A stretch of DNA of 64,000 nt from Sphagnum compactum (taxonomy: Eukaryota), in the NCBI GenBank assembly GCA_965153455.1, contig OZ234493.1, forward strand, positions 35,702,213 to 35,766,212, written 5' to 3'. The notes below the pieces were generated by a model, which saw only the letters and a list, made by a program, of their open reading frames with translations, had not been told where the DNA came from and did no database searches. This document shows, in pieces, positions 39,650 through 50,282 of this stretch. The stretch's first letter is position 1, and the number at the start of each line of letters is the position of its first letter. The translations under genes and the position numbers were made by a program.

Positions 39650-40700
39650 TAATTGTGTGAAAAATCTTTGCAAATTGTGCAACAATTCCCCATGATGAAG
39701 ATCAAATCACGGATTATAACGAAAAGGCAACCAAAACATTTGCATTACTTTGTGAACATCTCATGGATGCACAACTTGCACATGTTCAATATTGCGAAAA
39801 TGTCAAAAGCGCTTGGGAGACGCTTTGCGGTGTCCACGAAGCCAACACTATTGGAAACAAGTTGTTTCTTTGAAGGAGGTTCTTCACCATCAAAATGCAA
39901 GAAGGGGAAGACTTGCTTGCGCACATCAACATGGTGAAGGCGCTTGCGGACCAATTACGTTCCATTGAGGTGAAGATTGAAGATGAGGACATGTACATGG
40001 TACTTCTCATGAGCCTTCCCCCATCTTTTGATAACTTGGTCACGAGTTTGGAGTCCATGTCCACCAAGGATGTTGACCTTCAATTCATCGTTGCTCGATT
40101 GCTTCATGAAGTCTCCAAAAAAAAAGAAAGTGAAAGTACGGAAAATGCCGCATTGCTTAACAAAACTCATAAGGCAAACGAAAAGCTTTGCTTTTATTAT
40201 AAAAAACCCAGACATTTTGTGAAGAATTGTTTGAAGAAGAAGAATGATGAGAAAGAAAAGGCAAACCGAGCTTGTGAAAATCAAGAACAAATGTTTGTTG
40301 TTGCGTTGGGTGTTAATGATCATACGACGAACGATTGGATCATCGATTCCGGGGCAACACAACACATAACATTCAAACGAGAGTGGTTCACCACTTACGA
40401 ATCCATTGTTCCACGAAAGGTGTACATGGGAGACGACACCATTTTGGAGGCCATTGGCAAAGGGTGCATCAAGGCCACAATGCAAGTTGAAGGTAAAATG
40501 TTTGTTAGAAATATTATTCGTTTCTAATTCATAATGTTGATGAATGTGTGAAACATTCATCAAATGGATGAATAGTATTCACATCCTTATAGTAGTTAGA
40601 TTAAGTTAAATAGTGGTAATTAGGGTTTGGAAGTGGAGGTTACTTAGGGCTTGGTGGCGGCTAGGGAAATGACCATCGAATCTCATACTTAGTTGCCACA
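39650..40700 (+). mobile_element. Ty1/Copia gag-protease relic joined to a probable LTR fragment
   Basis: Gag (UBN2-like) AWETLCGVHE...MQEGEDLLAHI...LLMSLPPSFDNLV, a decayed zinc knuckle CFYYKKPRHFVKNC, and protease WIIDSGATQHIT. The frame ends near 40503 at TGTTAGAAAT, an LTR-like start. Confidence 0.9.
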
Positions 40701-41615
40701 AATCAACCAAGGATATGCACATACCGTGCATGGTAATTTAGGTGTGCAATGTTAGAAACCCCAAAGACTGAGGGCAACACCAATAGGCAGCACAAATGTA
40801 CATGTTTATTGGCTATGGGGGAAACATGTTCTAGTTCTTGGAGTCTGGACCCTCCTCTGTGATTGCACAGTTCTTGTTGTACTTTGGACAAAACTTTCTA
40901 ATGTGATAACTAAATCTCTTGTCTAGGATTCAAGATCTTTGAACAGAACAAAGCCCCAAACATTTTCCCCCCTCAGGAAAGACTGTAGATAGTTCGTTCC
41001 ATCAAAGTCCAATAAGTTGAACTTCCAAGATCCCCCTCACACCCATTGCAATATACTACTAACAACTGTGCAAGCAACTCATGACTATTGTTTGTTTCTT
41101 TGGTGCCCAGATGCTTAAGTTGTAAAGTGTTAGAAAAGCCTATTTTCTGGAAGCTGTTAGATTCTAATTTGCTGTCAGAGGAGTTTGTTGTTAATATATT
41201 TGTCCGCAAACTCTCTGAGATTTATTGAAAGAAGCTGTGCTTAATCATTACTTGCGTCTCAGTTTTCAAGAGAGTTTTTAAGGGTCCCAGCTTTGTTGAC
41301 CAAGATATTCCTACTCTTCACCTGACATTGAAGGATGCCCTGACAGAAACTTTCCTTAGGGGGGATCAAAGGGCTCATGGGGTTGTGTTGCTTTCTATTA
41401 AAAAATTGGGAGTTTGGTGCTTGGCATGCATAAATAACACATAAAAATGCATGGCAATAGAGGAAAGAGTGGGTTTGTCAGACTGTGTTTTGACTGGTGA
41501 AAAGTATTGAGTATTCACAATCTCCCCATCATGGGGATTTTTTTTTTTTATTTGTTGAAATTTATTTATTTGTATCCTATGGAAGGTCCTCCGTGAAGGA
41601 ATCATGGACTTCTAC

Positions 41616-41765
41616 TGAAAGCATGATGTGAAGATTCACTTGATTGTTAATGCATGATGAGAAAAGGATGCACTTATTTTGAAAGCACGATGAAAATGAT
41701 TCAGACATTGTGAAAGCATGATGAAAATGCTTCAGAGATGTGAAAGCATGATGAAATGCTGAAAG
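41616..41765. repeat. Degenerate minisatellite of about 30 bp (GAAAGCATGATGAAAATG...), about 5 copies
   Basis: Direct read. Confidence 0.75.
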
Positions 41766-42784
41766 GCCAAGCCAGTTTCAAACAGAGACATTGCAATCTG
41801 TCACTCATAACTGGACAAAAGTTGCCCCATAAGGGAGATTCAAGGAAGTTTCAATGAGATGGCATTAGTTTATTGGATTGAAGTACAACAGCTATGCATT
41901 GGAACCTGGCTATTCTTATCCGCCTCATGAAATAGATAAGTCCATAGCTAAAAAATTCTAAACAATTGGGTAGCAACCGGTGCTGTCTGGTTCTTCCTTT
42001 TTGAAAGAACTTCCAGTCCAGGTGTATGTACAATTTTTGCCACCTTCCATGTGAGTACAGGCTGTAACATGACCATCAACATAGAGCACCCTGACTATGA
42101 AGATGGCATGCTACAACCTGAAGCCATGCTCAATAGGTAGGTATCTGGTACGTAACTGGTCCATCTTCACAAGGGTAAAAACTTCGAGAATTTTTATAAT
42201 GTGTAGGGTAACACCTGCTTAGAGGGTGTTACCCTGCATACTGTGCGGAAAGCACAACCAGAATATCATTTTTTTTTCCATTGGAACAAAATGAAAAATA
42301 GAGGCCAGTTGTTTCAAAAACATAAAGCACTTCGACGGGACTCGTAGTGTTAAACGGATGTTGATTATAGAATGGAATTTCCCTCCGAAAAATCGAAAGG
42401 GAATTTCATGTTTCTGTGAAATTTTCCAATTTCTAGTGGGATCTTCCATTTTTGAGTGAGATCTTCTGTTTTCTGCCATGCAAAAGTTTGATCTTTAAGT
42501 TGGATAAAGCCCACACAAACTGAGGTCTTTATCAAAATTCAGGAGCACCCTCAGCTCTCACTTCAAGGTCCCTTATTTTAGTATTGGGGCTTTACCCTAC
42601 ATGAAATACCCATTGGAGAGGGTGTTTCATTTTTGGAAATGCCTCACCATTTGTGGAGGACAGATTCTGCTGCATAACATGCCATCCAGATTTTGTTTTA
42701 AACAAAATTAAGCTGGTGCTTTACACTCCCTAATGACTATGAAGAGATGGAGCATAGTAGATCACATGACATTTGTATATTAGT

Positions 42785-42873
42785 TCACATACATTTGAAC
42801 AGAGATCACATATTTAGTATAATAGCTCACATACATTTGAACAGAGATCACACATTTAGTATAATAGCTCACA
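42785..42873. repeat. 42-bp tandem duplication
   Basis: TCACATACATTTGAACAGAGATCACAYATTTAGTATAATAGC occurs twice. Confidence 0.9.
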
Positions 42874-44737
42874 AAGATTTGCTCTCTACAGTGACGGTGG
42901 CTGTCCTTTGATGTTGTATTAATGTCAATACTGTAAAGCCAACATTTAAGGGGGCAGTTCTTTGTCCTCATCCCCTTGATTGAAGCTAAAGACTTCATTA
43001 CCAGACAAACGCTTCGTAACTTGCATGGCCAGACAAAACACTGCGTTTTAATATGGTGACAAAAATTTTGTGATCAGGAAGGAACCAATTCTGTTGGCCA
43101 AAGAATAACTTTTTGGAAATCTAGGCAAGGAAGGGGCGGCAGCAGCAGCAGCAGGGTAGGATATCTAGTCCTTGAAGAAGCTAGGAGAGCTTCCCTTGAT
43201 TCGCTGCAATCAATTCCGAATCCAGAGTGCAGACAGAAGAGGTTTTGCCTCCAGCAATCAAATCCCACTCGGAGGCTTGTGGGTCATGGCCATGTTGCAA
43301 GTGGTTGTCGAGGTTCAAACAAACAAAACAAAAAGATCGAGACAAAAAACTAAAAAGATTGCATGGCATTGATTCTGATAGCAGCCGCCCAAGTTTCTGT
43401 GACAGTCCAAAAATCATAGCCAAAAAAGTTTCCACTAGAAAAATATGTGGAAATACGTAGTCGTTGCTGCTGCTGCCAGGAGTCACGCTAGCGCGCGCAT
43501 GCATCAGCTATAAGATTGATTACCTATTAGGTAGAGGAGTCGTTGCGTCCGTCAGGTAGAGGATCAATCCGGCAATGCCAACCTTGCTAGCTCCAGCTTT
43601 CTTAATTACACCTACTGAGCTGTCAAAAGTTTTGTCTTGGAAGATGGCAGTAAATGAGCCCGCCGGTGGAGGAGACTAGCAAATACGAGACACACTCAAA
43701 CCTCACACACCTTATATGTCTGTCGGCAGACAAGAAGTAATATTGTCATATGTTAGAGTCTTTGAGCATGGCATTCAAGTAGTAGTTTTGCGGTACTACA
43801 CTAGATGAAGACAGACAGAAAGATCTGCAGCAGGCCCGTACTCGTGCACGAAGTGTCTCTTGGCTTCGGAAATTCCTCTAGCTAGCCACTGCAAGAAGGT
43901 TAGTGGGTTTTGGATGTTAGAGACAAAGTATGGAGCTTGAGACTAGCATGAGTGGATTAGGGCGTTGACTGGAATCATATAGAATGGTCTTTACAAAGTT
44001 GCTGCTGGCTTGGGTTTTTGGGCCTGACCTCTACTGTAGTAGAAGTAGTAGTAGCTGCAGCTTGTGAAAATCATCATGGCAGCGCCGTATGGGTCCAGAC
44101 TATTGTAAGACGCGAGGAGCATGGTGTCCAAGATGTAGCAGCGTAGCTCCGATAATATATATATACTGAACAGCAGGTGCAGAAGACTTCTTGATGTTTT
44201 GCTGTTGCATCCCTAGTAGTTTTGTCTCGAGCAAAATTATGAGGCTTGGATTCAGCCTGCTCGAAGTTTGAAGAATTGGTGATTTAGGTGTAGCAGATTC
44301 AGCCTCCTGTGTTGGGTTACGTGTCGAGCAGCTTGTGGGAATGTATGAGGAAAGACTGCGGAAGTTGGGAATATATGGAGATTGCAGCAGCTCGCGATTG
44401 CAAGCAGGCAAGCTCCCGAGTTCCCACGCGAGGTTCCCTTTGCTGGACGACTGCAAGCTTGCTAGCTAGAAGCTCCTGCTGCTCAATGGGGAAATAAAAT
44501 CAGACTAGCAGCAGGAACTGGAATAACGTGGGAGTTTTCGAGGCAAATGTCGAGTTTCGCGATATGAAACTGCATCACGCAAGTAGACTAGCAAGTGCTT
44601 GACTCTGCAATAGTCACAGAGGTGTCAAACATGGCAGCTGCTATTTGTTCAATCAGCTGCCGGGGTGAGTCGTAAGATTTGGAAGTCGAGCTGCAAACTA
44701 CTGCTGCTGGGAATCGATCACCGACGGAGCTGGCCGA

Positions 44738-47351
44738 ATGGGTTTGGTCACTCCAGAGGAGTTAGCTCATGTAGCGAGACCGCAAACTCGTCGGCCGGTG
44801 GCGGCGGCCGATCAACGATGGAAGAGAGAGGAATGCGCATATGTGAAGCACGATAAGCTTTTCTCAGACTGGAAGGTACGTGATGTCGAGAGCTCTCTCT
44901 CTAGCTTCTTTCTTCGATTCTACCCAAGAAATCCTCTTCTGCTGGTGGCTGGAATTTCGTATGCAAAGTGTTCACATAGCTTCGAGAATTTACAGTTGTA
45001 GACCAGCCTTGTCGAACACGACGGTCCGGGGAGACAGATTTCACGGAAGAATCTGAACCTGAATTTGGATGTTGCTTAATTGTCGCGCAGCATAGCTAGA
45101 TTCAAACATTTGATTGTATTATTGTCGGAAGAAGAGTCTTACGAGGATGCGGAGCGCCTAACCTGTTTGGCTTGAGTACTTGAGGTGGCAGATCTTGGTG
45201 GGTCCGGAAGACTGGAAGGGTCATGCGGCAGGGAAGGAAGATGTAGAGAGGTATCGAGCGCACAACCTGCCTGGGAGTAACTGGGGGCCGGGAGTGTATG
45301 AGTTGGGTCTCGCGATGCCGGAATGGGCGGCAATGAATGAGCAAAGGGTTGGTCTGAAAAAGAAGGAGAAGAAGCTAAGGCCGCAGAATGTGATGGTGGT
45401 GTATGTAGGGAATGCGGAGCACATACGCCACAGGCTTCAGCGATACGGGGAAGCAGGTGGTCACCTCGAAGGCTCAAGGTAAATTTTCTTCCCTTACAAC
45501 TCTCTTCACTCACCATGCGGCACGGATTTACTGTCTCAATCTTGGAAGCTAATCATAGGCGCTGATCATGCTTAAAAGTCTTTCGAAGTCTTGGAATTTC
45601 TTCTAACAGGAGCTCTGATACTTCTCTTGAATGTTTAAGTCGGTGACAGCTGATCTCGTGATGGCTGCATCCTCGGCGCTGTGGGTTTTATGGTCTGCAG
45701 GTCGACAAGGTTGTTTGTGATCAAGGACGATGGATTCCATGGCAGCAGCTGGAAGAAATGCGAGCTGCAGCAAAATCGCGGTGCAGCACAGCAGCTAGTG
45801 CATCATGAAAGGATAGCAGCAGCCCCCACAGACTCGGAGTACTTCTACAAGTCATCATCAACTGAACAAGGAGTACGCAAGTCTTCGCGAGGCCCGCGCT
45901 TGTTTTCAGAGGTCTTTACTCTTGGCTGCGCAATAGCTTTCCGGTGGACGGCGGTGAGCTTCTCCCTCCAACTTCGTCTCAGTACGTCATGATTTCACTA
46001 GCTGACTAAACCGTGAACCCATGAGCTCGCGCTTGTTCTCATTCTCATCGAATGCAGTTGGAGAATTGTGCGTAGTACTAGACTTGTCAGAGAGATTCTA
46101 ACACATGGAAGCAGCTGGGATGTTTTTTTTGCTGCTCATGAGCATACTCCATGTGCAATTCGTACTGTACAGACAGAAAGTAAAGCAGCAGCGGAGAAGG
46201 CGACGGCAGAGCTGCTGGAGGTTTTCGACTACGCCTGGAACAGAGGCAGAAACGGATCTCGCCGATCTCGAGAAGTGATTGAAAAGACTCTGGTCGCACG
46301 CCAGTCGCCTGCAGGCGTTACTCGCAGTCGTTGTCATTGCTTTCGAACAAAGTCGAGATCGACATGGCTGCAGCCGTTCAGGGTGAACAGAAGAGTAGGC
46401 GTCAACATTGCCGCACGCAAACCGACGGAGTCGCGGGATCCGCCGCTAGAAGCAGCAGGCAGCAGCTGGAGTACTAGTCCATGTTTCAGCAGAAGAATGA
46501 AAGCGGGAGATTTTTGGATGTTGCTCAAATCTCGCGCACATCTGCTTCCTGGACTCGGAGGCAGGACTGCCAAAAACTGCGAGTTCACAAAGCTGGACAT
46601 CCCCATAGAAAGATGCGGAGCGTTGCTGGACACTGGTCTTCCATGTAATGCGCTGCCGGTTAGAGGCCGAAAGCGTTGCCGTATGCACAAAGATCTGAAA
46701 AGCACTAAAAGACGCCGATCAAAGCAGCAGCAGCATGCTACAGCAACGATCACAGGCCAACAGATCAGGACTTATCAACTTGGATCTTGGCTGCATGAGC
46801 ATATTGTGGGATCACGGAACACTAGATCTGCTAAGGAATGTTTAAAAGGAACATCCCATCATGAGGCTGCTGCAATGTCTCATAACAGCCAAAGAAGTGA
46901 TGTGATGGAACCCCAGTCCCGGAGCTTCACCATCTCTTGTCTTCCTTTGTTTTTGTTGCGAGCTGCTGGGATGAGGAAACACGAGTGCAGAACACAGGAT
47001 GTGATCAGGTCGCGAGTGAGTTTGTCATTCAGCACATGGCTCAAAACTTCCAGATCAGGCATGATGACAGAGACTGAAATCACTGCTGTAGCAGATGCAG
47101 CCGCCACAGCAGCAGCAGCAGCAGCAGCCATCAAACTGAAGACTAGTGCTGCCACTAGTGATCACATGAGCAACAACATGATGTTTTCCAAAGTAGAACT
47201 CCAAGGCCTTCAGAATGAGGACTTGTTTGAGCTCATTGTGCATAACATTTATGGATCATCGACACTATGTCATGTCCCTCCCATCACACACACCATGATG
47301 CAACGGAATTGTCCTTCACACTATTCAATGCATGCAGAAATTGGGATTTGA
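44738..47351 (+). CDS. ET: EFFECTOR OF TRANSCRIPTION / HRT-like protein (GIY-YIG-like domain plus ET zinc repeat), about 618 aa; exons 44738-44875, 45192-45478, 45701-45953, 46173-47351
   Basis: KREEC..VKHD..FSDWK, ILVGPEDW....GKE.VERYR.HNLP..GPGVYELG, VYVGNAEHIRHRLQRYG..G.HL, FRW, LL.VFDYAWN...NG.RR and CGALLDTGLPCNALPVRGRKRCRMHK. GT-AG junctions are in phase. Confidence 0.92.
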
Positions 47352-48616
47352 TGGCAACAACAGGAGCAAATTTGTGGAGCCAAGCTACAAACAAAGTAAG
47401 TTGAAGGAGCTGTAGCAGTTTTTTTCGCAATCAAAGAGTCTAGATCCAAGGAAGGAAACAGAAAACGACATTGCCTATATATCTATACATATCTCTGCAA
47501 ACCAAAGTATGATACAAGTTTTTTCCTCTTTTTGACCTCCATCAGCAAATTGCTGCCTTTCTGGATGATGAAACACATTGAAAACTAAAGCTAGCTGGTT
47601 TGTTTGAACACTCCCCAGCTTCCCCCCAAGCACTCAGAATTAGAATCCCCCAACTTCACACATTCTCAATGCATTTACTTGAGGATCAGGACTCAAGCTC
47701 ACAATCATGCAATTCTCAAGTAATGGATATTAGGCTCAGGAGAACTGTATTGAATTTCTACATTTTTGGCTTGTCAGCAAGGAAATTCAGGAAAGGCAAA
47801 TGGCATGGGGGACAGCATCACGATCCATGTCTACAAACAAGAAATTGTGTGACACTGAGAGTAGTTTTTATTTTAAAAAATTTAGTAGATTTTTAATCTC
47901 TTTACCTGAATCTCCACTGCAAGTTTTTGAACACAAACTAACCACTCATCACCACGCTACATTGAAAGTTCCTGAAAATCGCTTTCAAAGTAATCAGAAT
48001 TCTACAGACTTTTACACAGTAACTGTTGAAAATGCTTTTGGTTCTGGGAGTGATCTGTAGTTTAATATACATTAATTTTGTTTTTGGGTTTGTGGAACTT
48101 GTGACTCATTGTTGCCATTTATTTTCTCTTGTGACACGGTTTGTGAGAGTAGCTAGCTGCATGTGTTTTTCATACATCTACTCAGTCCTTCCTGCACCTT
48201 CGATCTTTGGGGTTTCTTCATTATAGTAGCGTCTATGAGCAGAGTTTGCATAATTTTCTATCCAGAGAACTATGGGATTTTTATGAGATTGTGGGCCTGC
48301 TCAAATAAGCATCTTCTGAGTTTATCGTGTGTATGATAACAAAGATGCTTGGAATCATGAACTCCTCTTCTTTTTTTAGTTTAAAATGCATATGATGATG
48401 ATGATGCTGATGAATCACAAGCTCCAGACATTTTCACCTCTGCATGATTATTGAAACTGGCAGTTGTACTCTTGCTTGCTCAGTCAAAAATTCCATTGCA
48501 GGTGGGTTCCATTCATAAGGCAAATAACCTCTAGTAAACAATAAAACTTTGCCAAATCATTCTTCACATGTAAATATATCTTTCATAAGAATAGAAAAAT
48601 CTCCGTTCTCACCATG

Positions 48617-49378
48617 AAGAAGAAACAGCAAGGCTAACACTTCCTCAGGGAGCCACAGAAAGAACCAAACAAGGGGAGACAAAAAACAAACAGAAAACGA
48701 AAAACACACACACCGGTATGAACAAAAGTGCCAGTCTCACACCTGTTCAGGGACCATCAACAGTAGTATGTATGATAGTGACTTAACTATCATTACTTCC
48801 CCACTGACTTCATCAGCTCCCTACAGTGGGTAAAGGCCGGTGACAAGCACCATCCTACGAACTGAGTTTCTGCTGCAATTCCAGAAGCATCGGGAAGACT
48901 CAGCCATACTACTGGCTAGCAACAGACCCCACAACAAAGACCAGACAAAGAAACAAAGAAAGACAGAAAGGGAAAAGAACAGGGAAAGACTAAGAACAAG
49001 AACAATTGGGCTTACAGGAAGCTCCCCACTTAAATGACCTGAAGCAAAATCATTCTGAAAATGCCAAAAGCGGAAATTCCAAACAGGAATTTTTCTTTAA
49101 GAACCAACCCTCTAGTTCTCTTTACAAGACTTTTAAAGGGTAGCCTTTTGCCTTCAGAAAGACAATAAGACTGACCATCTGGAAGACAAAAAACTTCTTA
49201 CAACTACAAAGTCTCAAAAGAATCTGTAAAATTGACTATTGATAACCCCCAGCTTCGCAGTCATTGAGATATTGGAATGAACATGAGGCATTCTAATCAT
49301 TTCAATACCTGCATACTCTGGTTGAGAGCGTTTGTCAAAAATGTCACAGGATAAACCTTGAGGACTCTGGCTCACAGG
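48617..49378 (-). mobile_element. 5'-truncated Penelope-like retroelement relic (RT C-terminus plus 3' tail)
   Basis: QSPQGLSCDIFDKRSQPEYAGIEMIRMPHVHSNISMTAKLGVINSQFYRF / LRLCSCKKFF...LKAKGYP resembles the PLE RT motif (Y/F)DKR...P...SN......G...SQ..R...C......GYP. Two frameshifts, stop at 49030, then about 400 bp of non-coding tail. Boundaries are approximate. Confidence 0.65.
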
Positions 49379-50282
49379 ACAAACTATGAAGCACAACAGG
49401 ACATGTAAAGACCACAAAACACTTTAGACTGGATGGTATACAGTTCAAATGCCAATTGAGAATAACCCTCTAAAGAGGTCTATTCTGATGGAACTAATTT
49501 GGGTTCCATAAGTATTCCAGATCAGAGAAGGAATCTGGTTGTGTAGCAGGCCCATGTTGATCACCAGCTGTGTCAATGAGCAGCTGCAATTCTATCAGTC
49601 TCATACCACAGGTATGACATTTCAAACATGTATCCAAAGTTCCAAAAGATAGCAACACAATTCCCCCAGATGCAACATGAGAGGTGGGAAAGAGTGGGCA
49701 CACTAGATCACCACTGTCTCCAGGAAACTTTCACAGACACTTGCAAAAGTTCACACAAAGGTTTTCCTCAACCAGAATGTCGCCTTCTGATAGCCTATAG
49801 CAGCAGATACATTGATGAGATTCGAGGAAACTCCAGAATAACACTATCAAGTTACTGTTGTGTCAGTTCAAGTCAAACCAAAACAAACACAACAGGAATT
49901 AGTGCAGTCATAATCTTGAGAGGGTCACTCACAAAGTATGATCACACCATCACCTTCATCATGAATGGCAGTGACAAGCCGACAGCAGCAAACATGTGCA
50001 ACAAATCTGGGGGCCCAAAATTCACCTATAACCCAAACCACAGCTATGCAAAGTAATCAAGTCATCATCATGGAGAGCCATGGCAAACCCCTGCATACAT
50101 CACTAAACAAAGCACTGACGTAATCCAAGAACAGGAGACCCCACCAGTACAATTGCCGTCTACTCTATGCCTTATGTTGTGAGCTAGACTGACAAAACTG
50201 AATGCACTAATCTCATCTCCATTATCCATATGAACAGGAAAGGAGAGGTGGGCACATTTCCCAGGTGACAGTTTGGTATCAG

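Noticed and set aside
39955-40563. 202-aa minus-strand ORF
   Set aside because: Antisense to Copia gag.
41275-41350. Kinase-like peptide GILQCQVKSRNILVNKAGTLK on the minus strand
   Set aside because: It resembles subdomain VIb but lacks the catalytic HxD and DFG. Too short to call.
41616-41765. Repeated ATGATGA (box C-like) motifs suggesting a snoRNA cluster
   Set aside because: Better explained as a minisatellite, since the spacing to CTGA is too short and no guide sequence is evident.
43000-44700. GC-richer region upstream of ET as a possible miRNA locus or gene
   Set aside because: No conserved miRNA sequence or clear hairpin seen, and the ORFs are short without motifs. Likely promoter or 5' UTR.
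48796-48820. CTGATGA hammerhead-like core on the minus strand
   Set aside because: No stem II followed by GAAA.
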